Notes under the pieces: generated by a model | Database searches by the model: none | The model's input: only the letters and a program-made list of their open reading frames with translations | Told to the model about the DNA's origin: nothing | Shown: positions 10,801 through 19,929 of the stretch, in pieces | Layout: every line of letters starts with the position of its first letter | Position numbering within the stretch: the first letter of the stretch is position 1 | Source of the DNA: Nitrospinaceae bacterium | Lineage (GTDB): Bacteria > Nitrospinota > Nitrospinia > Nitrospinales > Nitrospinaceae | Direction of reading: 5' to 3' | NCBI GenBank assembly: GCA_965223665.1 | Contig: OZ245011.1 | Coordinates: 1,056,001-1,120,000 of the forward strand | DNA length: 64,000 nt | Position numbers and translations under genes: made by a program

Positions 10801-13800
10801 ACTGTCTCTGATCGTCAGCGTCCCCACATTAGAGACCGAAGCAATGTTGATATCCGAAGCATTATCAGGCCCCGAATCCAGAGTTAAATTATTACCCGCT
10901 CCGGTGATGGCTCCAATGTTCATGTCACTTGTGGATGCCGTGCCCGAATCCAGAGTCGTTACACCCGCCAGAGTTAAGGCCCCGATATCCATTTGGGTAT
11001 CCGTGGTGTTCACTGTTCCACGGGCCGTGGTGGTTCCCGCTGTCGTATCCAGTCCTCCGGTAAACGTTATGATATCTCCGTCGGTATCTCCAAACGTCAC
11101 TCCTCCCGTATTCAGAAAGGTCGTGTCATTGGTAATGGTTCCACCATTGTTAAACAGCACGGAATACCCTTGAGCCGCTGTACTTAAGGTAGTGGCCGTC
11201 ACCGCATCGGTAAACGTGATCGCGTTATCTGTATCGGTGAGTGTGATCGTAGTTGCATTGACGGTACTGTTAAAGGTAGTCGCGTCGCTTTGTGTAATGG
11301 TGAGGCCGGTTAACCCGGTTAGCGCCTGGTTGAAGAAAATGTCACTTCCAGCTGTGGGTCCGCTGTTTTCAACAGTTAAGGTACCACTTGAGGTAATAGT
11401 TTCTAAAGTAATGTCGCCGCCGGCAGTATTGGTTTTGCCGGCACCATCCGCAATGGTGATATTGATATCCCCCGTTCCTGCATCCAGAGTGGTTCCTACG
11501 GCCATGGTGATTTCTGCATTGCCTGCATCGCGCTCAGCATCCACCACACCGTTGGCTAAAGTTTCATTGGCGGTCAGGTTCAGGTTTCCATTATCGGTCG
11601 TGATATTTTGATTGATTAAAATACTGCGGCCTGCCTGCATCGTCAGGTTGCCACCATCCCCTGCTCCATTATCGACAGTGATGGCACTATCGACTGTAAT
11701 ATCATTATTCGCCTGCAGCGTTACATTCTGCGGAGTGCTTAAAAGTGTGGCTAAGGTAGAAGAGGATAAGGTCAAGTCTTCGCTCGCTCGCGTGGCAAAA
11801 ACTGCATCTCCCACCGTATCAGGACCCATATTAAAATTTAAATCACTGAATTGGTAAAGATACACTGCTCCTGAGTTGGAAACACCATTTCCAAATCCAT
11901 CATCCAAATTCGCCCCCACTGCCAAACGGGTGCCATCCAAAGAGATGGACCTTCCAAAGGTGTCGCTTGAGTCTAGTGTTAGGTTAATGTCCTTAGGGCG
12001 GGTATTGTAACCATCGCCCATAATACCCTGCAAAGCACCCGTTCCATCAGTTGCCGATCCGTTATTACTGAAGGTGGAATCTGTAAATTGATATAGATAG
12101 ACGGCTCCACAAGCGGGACAGTCATTGGCTTGTCCATAATCGCTATTTGCCCCTACCGCTAAATTGTTCCCATTTAATGAAAGGGATCTACCAAAAAAAT
12201 CACCCAGGCCCGCATTATTATCAAGCAGAGTGCTGGCATCAATGTTTTTACCTCCGGTTTTACCTTCACCAATAACTGCCTGCTGTGTGATACCAGTAAA
12301 ATCGCCCGTAAAGGTAAACAAATAAACGGCTCCCTCGTTGGTGCCTGCATTGGTGCCAGGACTGGCCAAACCATCATCTCCGGAAGCACCAATGGCCAGA
12401 CGAGTTCCATCCAAACCAATGGAACGCCCAAAACCATCGACTGGATCCAAATTAATATTAAAGTTATTACCCCCCGTATAACCTTCGCCAATAATGGCGG
12501 ACAGAGAGCCACCACTAAAGACGGAATCTGTAAAGGTAAATGCATATGCGGCTCCGACTGATTCAAGATTGGCAAACCCATCATCATTTAAGGATCCAAC
12601 CGCAAGGTGAGTCCCGTCCAGGGATACACTGGTTCCAAATGAATCACCGGTATCCAATTGAGAGGATATATCTATATCCTTGGTACGGGTGTTATAACCC
12701 TCCCCTACTATCCCCTGAAGCGCTCCCGTCCCATCCGTAGCAGACCCATTATTGGAAAATAAACTGTCGGTAAATGTATAGAAATAAACCGCCCCGCTAC
12801 CACTAGCCGAATTTCCCTGACCGTCGTCCGAAGGAGCGCCTACCGCCAAACTTGTGCCATCTAAGGATAAAGCGGAACCAAAATTGTCATTTGTGTCTAA
12901 ACTTAAATTGATATTTTTTCCACCGGTATAGCCCTCACCGATTATGGCCTCCAAGGTACTGCCGGAAAAAGCAGTATCTAAAAATGAATATAAATACACT
13001 GCCCCGGATCCGGATTCCACGTTACCGGAACCATCATCTGTAGGAGCCCCCACTGCAAGCTGAGTATTATCCAAAGAAACTGCAAGACCAAATTCATCTG
13101 AAGATTCTAAACTTTGATCAACATTTTTTCCTATTGAATAGCCTGAACCTAAAGTTCCTTGTTGTATTCCCCCTGAAAAGGAGGAGTCAGTAAAAGTAAA
13201 TAAGTGAACAGCACCAGACTCTGAGACAGCATTACCAAAACCATCGTCACCGAGGGAACTCACTGCCAACCGGTTTCCATCTAAAGAAACACCAAAACCA
13301 AGTTCATCATTAGTTTCCAAAGCCTGGTTTATATTTTTTCCCCCTGTATATCCACTACCAATAGTTGCCTCTAACGTACCCCCCGAAAATGTCGAGTCGG
13401 TGAAACTGTATAAATAAACAGCACCATAATCATTCGAACCACTCAGACCAAAACCATCATCTTCGTAGCTGCCTACCGCTAACCGATTCCCATCTAGAGA
13501 AAGATCCGAAGCATAAAAATCTGAGGTGTCTAAAGATTGGTTGATATTTTTTCCACCGGTATAACCACTACCTAAAGTAGCTTCTAACGTACCCCCCGAA
13601 AATGTCGAGTCGGTGAAACTGTATAAATAAACAGCACCATAATCATTCGAACCACTCAGACCAAAACCATCATCGCTTTCAGCCCCAATGGCAAGACGGT
13701 TTCCATTTAAAGAAACCGATGTACCCAACTCATCGCCGATATCCAACGATTGATCAATGTTTTTGCCGCCAGTATAGCCATCGCCAATCATGGCCTCCAA

Positions 13801-16227
13801 GGTACCGCCGGAAAAGGTGGAATCGGTAAAACTGTATAAGTACACTTCTCCAGAACCATCAACCGTATTCCCAGAACCATCACCGTCATCGGCTCCGACA
13901 GCTAAACTATTGCCATCCAGGGATACTGAAAAACCAAAGCTATCGAGTGTATCTAAATTTTGATTTATATTTTTTCCCCCGGTGTAACCATCTCCAATAA
14001 TGGCTTCCAGATTACCTCCCGAAAAAGAGGAGTCTGTAAAGCTATATAAATAAACCGCTCCAGCATCAGTCTCTATATTCCCAAATCCATCATCATTTTC
14101 AGCTCCAACTACCAAACGGTTTCCATCCAATGAAACCCGGCTTCCAAATTCGTCATTGGCCTCCAAAGATTGATTAATGTTTTTACCACCGGTGTAACCA
14201 CTGCCAATAATCGCTTCTAATGCACCACCAGAAAAAGAATGGTCAGTAAATTCATATAAATAAACTGCCCCTGAATCTGCAACAGAATTTCCGGACCCAT
14301 CATCCCACTGAGATCCAACCGCTACTCGGGTTCCATCCAGTGAAACCGAATAACCAAAGTTATCGCTAGAATCTAAACTTTGACTTCCAATATTCAATGA
14401 ATCGTATCCATTACCAATGATGATGACGCTTTGGTCAAAACTGGTGGTATCCGCAATGGTGATGTTTTTGGGATCGAGGAGGAAGGTTCCTAATCGGTCT
14501 CCACGACCGGTTAAAGCCGTGCCGCCAAAAGTTAATGTATTACCCGAAGAAACTTCAATAAAACCACCAAATCCACTAAGAAACCCGGGTTGAGCTAAAT
14601 ATTGTCCCAATACGGGTCCCCCTTGATCTGACCACGTAATGATCGTTCCACCGTCGCCATGGTCACCCAACGCACTTGCCTTCACTTGCGTCGCATCCGT
14701 CATCGAAAGAATTTGCGCATTCGGCAATTCATCTATTTCCAGATTCTTTCCGCCCTGGTATTCCCCTCCTAAGCGAATCGTTCCTCCACCGGTTTCACCC
14801 GATGCATCCATTTCACCGGAAAGAAACTTTAAGGCAGGTGCCGTTACATCAATTTGCCCACCCTCTCCTTTTGTTCCAATTGCCTTGTATTTGGCGGAAG
14901 TCGTAATCTGCTGCTCTGCCATATGAGAAATCGACCCCCCTTCAGCTCCCGATACATCGATAGAAGCACTGCTGTTCTCCCAGGATTTAGCTTTTGTATT
15001 GAGAACAACCTCTCCACCTTTTCCGGAAAAACCTAATGCTTTGATTGAAGAAGCAATCGATAACCCTCCAGATTCAACAGAAACTATTCCACCAGAATCC
15101 CCACTCGCATCCACCTCTCCACCCACACTCACCCAATGGGTTCCTTCAATGTCGATAGCTCCTCCATCTGAATCTTGACTTGTAGCAAGCAAATTTCCTT
15201 GGTCTATAGTTACCGCAGATCCAGAAACTGAAATGCTGCCTCCAGATTCTCCTGCCTGATCTCCCGAGGCATCTAATACCCCGGCAATATGAACGGCCCC
15301 TTCTCCACCCTCCAGAATAATTTCCCCATTGACTACCGATGCCGTTTTCGCTTCCACTACCCCTGAACTGTTAATCACATGGTCCACTACATTTTTGGCG
15401 GCATTCACCTCCATCACAATCTGCCCACCCTCGGCACTTATGGTTCCACTGTTACTGACTAATGAAATAAGAGGACTGCCATCGAGACCTATCACTTGCT
15501 CTAATACCTGCCCCTCCACACTGAGATTGATCAGTTTGTCTCCATAAAAATCCAGGGTAAACTCCGTCCCCGAGGCAAGATTTACTTTTCCCAGTCGTGC
15601 GGTGATTATTCCTGAGTTTTCCACCCCCGGAGCTACAAAGGCTGCCAATCCCCCTTCAGAAACTGTAATCTGTCCCTGATTAATCACGTAACCCAGGTGG
15701 GATGAGGCCCCTTTAAAAAAATAATTACCTGACATGAAATCTTTGTTGTCGATATCCAGAGTCGTCGCCACCAGACCATTCACATCGATCCGGGATCCCT
15801 TTCCAAACAGGATTCCATTGGGATTGATCAGCATCAGGTTTCCATTGGAAGAGAGCTTTCCAAAAATATTGGATCGTTCAGAACCGGTCACTCGATTAAG
15901 AGTGATTCCATTAGAGGAGGGTAATTGAAAATCCACATGCTCGTTACTATTGATGCTAAAGCTGCGCCAGTCGATAATAGCTTTATTCGTCGATTGCTGT
16001 ATCAACAGCTTCTCTTCATGAGGATGAGAGATAGAGGCGGAACCGGCTTGAACTATACCTTCTTTAGGGAGAGCAACTGCGAGGGAGGAAAAATTACCGA
16101 TTAAGGATATAAGTATAGTAAAAAAACCAATTAGCTTAGAAATTAGTTTCTTAAAGTTTAATTTACTTTTTTTTGAATAAGGTTTTACTTTCAACAAGGA
16201 GCAAAAATAAATAAATGTTTGTACCAA
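4879..16227 (-). CDS. Giant filamentous-haemagglutinin-like (TpsA) exoprotein: TPS domain, beta-helix, 12 FG-GAP repeats, 15 MBG-type repeats, C-terminal Cys pair
   Basis: Extended signal peptide; ALPKEGIVQAGSASI, AIIDWRSFSI, TLNRVTG, INPNGILFG (TPS domain); repeat modules visible in the translation. Confidence 0.93.
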   Translation of the reverse strand: MVQTFIYFCSLLKVKPYSKKSKLNFKKLISKLIGFFTILISLIGNFSSLAVALPKEGIVQAGSASISHPHEEKLLIQQSTNKAIIDWRSFSINSNEHVDFQLPSSNGITLNRVTGSERSNIFGKLSSNGNLMLINPNGILFGKGSRIDVNGLVATTLDIDNKDFMSGNYFFKGASSHLGYVINQGQITVSEGGLAAFVAPGVENSGIITARLGKVNLASGTEFTLDFYGDKLINLSVEGQVLEQVIGLDGSPLISLVSNSGTISAEGGQIVMEVNAAKNVVDHVINSSGVVEAKTASVVNGEIILEGGEGAVHIAGVLDASGDQAGESGGSISVSGSAVTIDQGNLLATSQDSDGGAIDIEGTHWVSVGGEVDASGDSGGIVSVESGGLSIASSIKALGFSGKGGEVVLNTKAKSWENSSASIDVSGAEGGSISHMAEQQITTSAKYKAIGTKGEGGQIDVTAPALKFLSGEMDASGETGGGTIRLGGEYQGGKNLEIDELPNAQILSMTDATQVKASALGDHGDGGTIITWSDQGGPVLGQYLAQPGFLSGFGGFIEVSSGNTLTFGGTALTGRGDRLGTFLLDPKNITIADTTSFDQSVIIIGNGYDSLNIGSQSLDSSDNFGYSVSLDGTRVAVGSQWDDGSGNSVADSGAVYLYEFTDHSFSGGALEAIIGSGYTGGKNINQSLEANDEFGSRVSLDGNRLVVGAENDDGFGNIETDAGAVYLYSFTDSSFSGGNLEAIIGDGYTGGKNINQNLDTLDSFGFSVSLDGNSLAVGADDGDGSGNTVDGSGEVYLYSFTDSTFSGGTLEAMIGDGYTGGKNIDQSLDIGDELGTSVSLNGNRLAIGAESDDGFGLSGSNDYGAVYLYSFTDSTFSGGTLEATLGSGYTGGKNINQSLDTSDFYASDLSLDGNRLAVGSYEDDGFGLSGSNDYGAVYLYSFTDSTFSGGTLEATIGSGYTGGKNINQALETNDELGFGVSLDGNRLAVSSLGDDGFGNAVSESGAVHLFTFTDSSFSGGIQQGTLGSGYSIGKNVDQSLESSDEFGLAVSLDNTQLAVGAPTDDGSGNVESGSGAVYLYSFLDTAFSGSTLEAIIGEGYTGGKNINLSLDTNDNFGSALSLDGTSLAVGAPSDDGQGNSASGSGAVYFYTFTDSLFSNNGSATDGTGALQGIVGEGYNTRTKDIDISSQLDTGDSFGTSVSLDGTHLAVGSLNDDGFANLESVGAAYAFTFTDSVFSGGSLSAIIGEGYTGGNNFNINLDPVDGFGRSIGLDGTRLAIGASGDDGLASPGTNAGTNEGAVYLFTFTGDFTGITQQAVIGEGKTGGKNIDASTLLDNNAGLGDFFGRSLSLNGNNLAVGANSDYGQANDCPACGAVYLYQFTDSTFSNNGSATDGTGALQGIMGDGYNTRPKDINLTLDSSDTFGRSISLDGTRLAVGANLDDGFGNGVSNSGAVYLYQFSDLNFNMGPDTVGDAVFATRASEDLTLSSSTLATLLSTPQNVTLQANNDITVDSAITVDNGAGDGGNLTMQAGRSILINQNITTDNGNLNLTANETLANGVVDAERDAGNAEITMAVGTTLDAGTGDINITIADGAGKTNTAGGDITLETITSSGTLTVENSGPTAGSDIFFNQALTGLTGLTITQSDATTFNSTVNATTITLTDTDNAITFTDAVTATTLSTAAQGYSVLFNNGGTITNDTTFLNTGGVTFGDTDGDIITFTGGLDTTAGTTTARGTVNTTDTQMDIGALTLAGVTTLDSGTASTSDMNIGAITGAGNNLTLDSGPDNASDINIASVSNVGTLTIRDSGDTFFSGTTTATTVSVTDTTGAISFMGPTTLTSLVTTAQPYFVGFYDDSTVTSDTTFLNTGGVELLDDDAKTLTFTGGLDTTAGVTSSAGTINTTNTQIDIGALSLTGNTTFDSGNGAASIINIGAVTGFTNHLTLNSGTNTAADVTVASISNLGNLVITAGGDIAQVGGFGNNFDVNGTSNLTVTGSDTITLTNGGNDFTGAITLNSGTGAVSITDSTNTILAASTLGGTLTVNSAGTITDSGALAITGNSSFSTTVANQSITLDTPTNALTGAVTFNTSGTGGVTLDNGTTAVDLATSSVGQNLTITTGGAITDSGALTVGGTSSFTTDLANQSIILDTPTNALTGAVTFNTSGTGGVTLDNGTTAVDLATSSVGQNLTITTGGAITDSGALTVGGTSSFTTDLANQSITLDTATNALSGAVSFTTSGTGDASLTNNTSTTLAASTVGNALTVDATGGGSTLTVNGGAVNATSILLTADSDITLDSGTVLTASGSGNSLTIATTNNGDFINNAGAGALSAASGRWLIYSSDPATTTLGGLVPDKKRYNTTYPTIPGNFLATDNGVLYNIAPTLTITADDKARTYGDSNPALTFASSGYIDGDTAGTALTGGLTTTATSTSNVGAYPITQGTLADLLGYSISFTNGTLTVNTRPITLTADAGQTKVYGNSDPALTQTITSGSLAGSDSLTGSQARAAGENVGTYAINQGTLTVSDGNGGANYSITYVGDNFTITPRGITITADAGQTKVYGNSDPALTQTITSGSLAGGDTLTGSQARAAGEDVGTYAINQGTLTVSDGNGGANYSITYVGDNFTITTRGITITADAGQTKVYGNSDPALTQTITAGTLAGGDTLTGSQGRAAGEDVGTYAINQGTLTVSDGNGGANYSITYVGDNFTITPRGITITADAGQTKVYGNSDPALTQTITSGSLAGGDTLTGSQARAAGEDVGTYAINQGTLTVSDGNGGANYSITYVGDNFTISQRGITITADAGQTKVYGNSDPALTQTITAGTLVGGDTLTGSQARAAGENVGTYAINQGTLTVSDGNGGANYSITYVGDNFTITTRGITITADAGQTKVYGNSDPTLTQTITAGSLAGGDTLTGSQSRAAGENVGTYAINQGTLTVSDGNGGANYSITYVGDNFTITTRGITITADTGQTKVYGNSDPALTQTITSGSLAGGDTLTGSQARAAGENVGTYAINQGTLTVSDGNGGANYSITYVGDNFTITPRGITITADAGQSKVFGSSDPALTQTITSGSLAGGDTLTGSQARAAGEDVGTYAINQGTLTVSDGNGGANYSITYVGENFTITPNGITITADAGQGKVYGNSDPALTQTITSGSLVGGDTLTGSLSRAAGEDTGAYAINQGTLTVDDGNGGANYTITYVGDNFTISPRGITITADAGQTKVYGNSDPALTQTITSGTLVGGDTLTGSQARAAGENVGTYAINQGTLTVSDGNGGANYSITYVGDNFSITPRGITITADAGQTKVYGNSDPALTQTITAGSLAGGDTLTGSQARAAGENVGTYAINQGTLTVSDGNGGANYSITYVGDNFTITPRGITITADAGQAKVYGNSDPALTQTITAGSLVGGDTLTGSQARAAGEDVGTYAINQGTLSVSDGNGGANYSITYVGDNFTISQRGITITADAGQTKVYGNSDPALTQTITAGTLVGGDTLTGSQARAAGENVGTYAINQGTLTVSDGNGGANYSITYVGDNFTITPRGITITANSGQSKIVGDPDPALTFSVTAGSLAGGDSFLGSQVRALGETIGSYPISQGTLAINDGNGGANYNLIYFGDNFAIISSGPPSNLPVDPDDRTNNLLENIKNQPEETSTVNSEIINVNYNLAQMNETLIMEQLTELSLEELLDTEIGSPILNAKLFEFLESGKIVTEDILPNWMDSLVSMRLDQLQRKKIKKSENYFRRYLVYENESEEIEMECMVVSAGTSKGDRICSQEYGPNN
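5355..8840 (-). repeat. 14 tandem 249-nt (83-aa) MBG-type repeats inside the adhesin
   Basis: Unit ITITADAGQTKVYGNSDPALTQTIT...GTYAINQGTLTVSDGNGGANYSITYVGDNFTI counted 14 times; one further divergent unit at about 8850-9085. Confidence 0.9.
9575..10022 (-). repeat. Near-identical 222-nt (74-aa) tandem duplication in the beta-helical region
   Basis: cagattctgacccacactcgacgttgcc occurs at 9661 and 9883. Confidence 0.85.
11840..14370 (-). repeat. 12 FG-GAP (integrin-alpha-like propeller) repeats
   Basis: DxFGxSVSLDGxxLAVGAxxDDG...GAVYLY counted 12 times. Confidence 0.85.
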
Positions 16228-17003
16228 TAAGTTTTAAGGCAATACTTGGTTTAATTAATAAATCCAAAAACTAAATTACAACTTAGGAAATTATTTGAAA
16301 CTTATATTTATGGAGCTTATGAATAGGTTAATTACCCGAATAACCCAAGTCAACTAATCCATTGATTTTAAAGGCTATTTTGGCATTTCTTCTAATCGAA
16401 ACCCACCATTTTTGAGGTGCTAAAATGAGGGATTTGGAAAGGCTTTAATCAAAAAAAAATTTTTAAGTAATTATACAAAACTACTTTTTTGGGGTGCATT
16501 CTTTATTAGGGAGATGAACTATTTAACTTGGAAATTAAGAATTTTGGCGAGAATGGTACATATACAATCTGAATATTGAGAATAACTTTTCCGATAAAAT
16601 TCCAATTTAAGTATTCAAAAAACTTATATTGAAAAAAGCAGGCCTTAGAAAAAATATTACTAAAGAGATATATAGTAAACAAATTTTTTAAATGTTATTC
16701 CTTAATATTTTATTCTTATTTATTTGATTTTTTTAATATTTTTAATATCCTAACTGATAAAAGGATTAAATAACTTGCCAATTTTTAAATATACAGAAAG
16801 CTAATGAGTAATATTAAAATGGATCCTTTTTCCCTAGAAAGTTGAAGATTGTCGTTTTGAATTTCTTATAAGTTGCCCCATGAATTTAAATAAAGAATAA
16901 AGAGAAAGAATATAGAAGAAAAGCAGATAAATAGCCAACCTGTAAAAAAAATAAACTAAATTACTTATAATAAATACACAGTAGTTATTCGAAAATTCCA
17001 GGT

Positions 17004-18516
17004 TTAAGGAGCAACAGGAGACAGTCTACTTTTATCAAATTTTGGAATTTTTATTTTTATTGTATAAATCGTTCCTATACCTTCACTGGATTCGATATTT
17101 AAACTTCCATCTATTAACTCTAATTGTTTAACGGCAATGGCCATACCTAAATTTGCCTCACCATTACCTATTTCAGATTGATTTTGAGTGAAAGGATTAA
17201 AAATACCATTAATATGGTCGCTAGAAAGGTTTTCACTAGAATCCTGGACAGTGAATTTAAAATAATCATCTTCCTGAATAACTTTAAATGATATTTCGCC
17301 AGAATCGGTATATTTCAAACTATTTTCGAGAATGTTGGTTAGAATTTTCCTTATTTTTTCTTCATCACCAATACTCACAACCGGAATATTTTTTGGAAAA
17401 TCAGATTTCCAATTTAATTTTTTTTGATCGCATAAAGATTTAAATTTAAGAGAAATTTCATTTAATAGTTCATTTAAAGAAAACTTTTCACTATTGACCT
17501 TAATACTCCCGGTTTCCAAATTACAAATGTCGATTATGTTATTAAAAAAGTTTAAAAGTTTTTTTCCACTATCTAAAATATAGTTTAAATTAGATCTTAA
17601 TTTTTCGTCTAAATTCGGAGATAAATTTGACAAATCTGCAAAGCCAATAATTCCATTTAATGGAGTCCGAATTTCGTGACTCATGCTTGCTAAAAATAAA
17701 CTTTTAGAATGATTGGCTGATTCAGCTTCCTTTTGAGCCCTAATTAACTTTTTTGTCCTTTCATCAACTTTTCTCTCCAAATTAATGTTTGAATTTTTTA
17801 AATCAATATTAATTTTTTGAATTTTATCTATCATTGAATTAAATTGATCGAAAAGAACACCAATTTCGTCTGTTTGTTTTTTGTTTGCGCGGATGGAATA
17901 ATCTGCACTTTTCGAAACGGATTTCATTGTAGAGGCAAGTTCCATAATAGGTTGTGCTACCAATTTTTTAAGACTTTGAGAGTGTCGAAAGGCTATTAAC
18001 AACGAAAACAAAATTACAAAAGTTACGATCAAAGAATAATATTTCAAGCGTTCGTATACAGGGTCTAAGTCTGAAACTAACATCAAAGTCCCCAGACGCT
18101 CTGAGTTTAATTTAATTGGTAAAAACAAAATAAATTTACCATTCTCGAAGTACCCCCCATCCTCCCATGGTTCACTTGGAAGAGTTATTTTTTCTTCATT
18201 GGGATTATACTTGGCAAATATCTTCTTGGATTTATCATAAATAGTGGCCACTTTAACAGTGGGTTCAATTTGTAAAGTCTGTAATATTTCATTTGCACTT
18301 CCTTTGTCGAAAAACTCCAGAGAAGCAATGCTGTTAATACCGGTTAGATTTCCAATACTGGTCATTTGTTCATAAATTTTTTCACGAAAATTATAAAGTT
18401 CGTAAAAAGAAAAGCAAAAACATGTCACCAGAATCAAAACTCCATTTGAAACAATAATGGATTTGTTAATTTTGTTTTTTTAGTGAATTCTGATTTTCTA
18501 TTTTTAAAATTTTCAA
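17004..18516 (-). CDS. CHASE8-HAMP sensor histidine kinase (YfiN-like sensor); 5' end frameshifted, ATP-binding boxes degenerate
   Basis: ASLEFFDKGSANEILQTL...VATIYDK sensor; HAMP DEIGVLFDQFNSMI; H-box FLASMSHEIRTPLNG. The N-terminus from TTG 18516 joins the 17004-18437 ORF only if one base of the T7 run at 18475-18481 is removed. Confidence 0.8.
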
Positions 18517-19088
18517 TTTTCAGGAGAAAAAATGAGCAATCTAAATATTATTATAAAATTTACCTATATTTTTAATGTAATTTTATATTTAAATAAAATA
18601 TTTTTTCTTCCTTCCTGGGCCAAAGTCCTAGTTTCTCATTTAAAGCCCAATTTAAATTGCGGTATTTCACAAGACTCTATTTATCTCCTGAAATAACAAT
18701 GGTTTTCCGATTAGAGACAATGGATTTTTTAAATACAATAATTCTTAGTCAACCAATAACCCTATTACCCACTTAGTTTTGCAAAGCCTTATTTTTTTAA
18801 TGGAAATTATGATTTTATCAGGAGGATTTGCCAATTGACTCATGTTCAATATGCAAGGGCGCAATTTACAATTCTTTTGGCCTTTAAATTGGGTCTAAAA
18901 ATAATCTGCTAAATTTTGATTTCCTTAAAAATAGAACTTTTATTGGGCTTGCAATTCAAAAATTAAGCAACATCTTCAAATTAATATGATGGAGGATTTA
19001 AAGATTATTAAACAAAAACCCATATTCCTTATAAAATAGGAAACTTTATAAATAAATTTTTTAAATAATTTGATTCAGTAAAATATTC

Positions 19089-19889
19089 GTGTCAATTAAG
19101 TTTAATCCTATCTCCAATAAATGGCTCCCTTCAAGGGATCCATGGTCCACCCCCTTTGCGCAAGCATTATTGCATTATCTGGATCTTTTTGAAGGTGCTT
19201 CTGTATTAGATATTGCTGCGGGTGGAGGCATACCTTCATTTTATATAGCTGATCAAGTGGGATCCAAAGGGCAGGTCCTGGGTATCGATATCCACGAACG
19301 ACAAGTTTTACGAGCACGAACCCTAAAAGGGAACCAGTTTCCCTGGCTCAACTTTGAAGTCGGAGACATGCGATTTTTACCTCCTTCCCTACCCCAGTTT
19401 GACAGAATAACAGGAAACCTTTCTTTTATGTTTTTCCGTCCCAATCGAAAAGAGGCCTTAAAAAATTTAATTCATTTTTTAAAACCCAATGGCCAAATAG
19501 TATTGACTTTTCCTTCATTAGGAACGTTTGATACTTTATGGAATCGAGTCCGAGAAGAAATGGAAAAGCAATTTCTATCCAATGAAAGAGCCAAATTGGA
19601 GGAGTACATTGAAGAACGTCCTTCCGCTTCTCAAGTAAAAATATGGTTGAATGAACTTGGCCTGGAAAAGATAGTCGTAAAAGACTGGCCCTTAGAGGTA
19701 ATCACTGGACCGGGCCGTGAATTTTTAGAGCATCCATTACTGCGTGGTGGATTTCTTGATGATGTTTATGAGTGCTTTGAGGATCAAAACCTCGCTGAAG
19801 AATTCATGACACTCATATCCAATGATGTAAACAGTTTCATTCCCCTTGTGGCACAAAGGTGTGTTATGTCTGGCTGGCTGCCTGCTTAA
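19089..19889 (+). CDS. Class I SAM-dependent methyltransferase
   Basis: VLDIAAGGG, VLGIDI, FEVGDM, LKPNGQIV. Confidence 0.9.
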   Translation: MSIKFNPISNKWLPSRDPWSTPFAQALLHYLDLFEGASVLDIAAGGGIPSFYIADQVGSKGQVLGIDIHERQVLRARTLKGNQFPWLNFEVGDMRFLPPSLPQFDRITGNLSFMFFRPNRKEALKNLIHFLKPNGQIVLTFPSLGTFDTLWNRVREEMEKQFLSNERAKLEEYIEERPSASQVKIWLNELGLEKIVVKDWPLEVITGPGREFLEHPLLRGGFLDDVYECFEDQNLAEEFMTLISNDVNSFIPLVAQRCVMSGWLPA

Positions 19890-19929
19890 AAGAATTGTAT
19901 AAAATAAAATATGTCTATAAAAAATCCTT

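Noticed and set aside
5051-15928. Numerous plus-strand ORFs inside the adhesin gene
   Set aside because: Antisense shadows of a repetitive, GC-richer coding region
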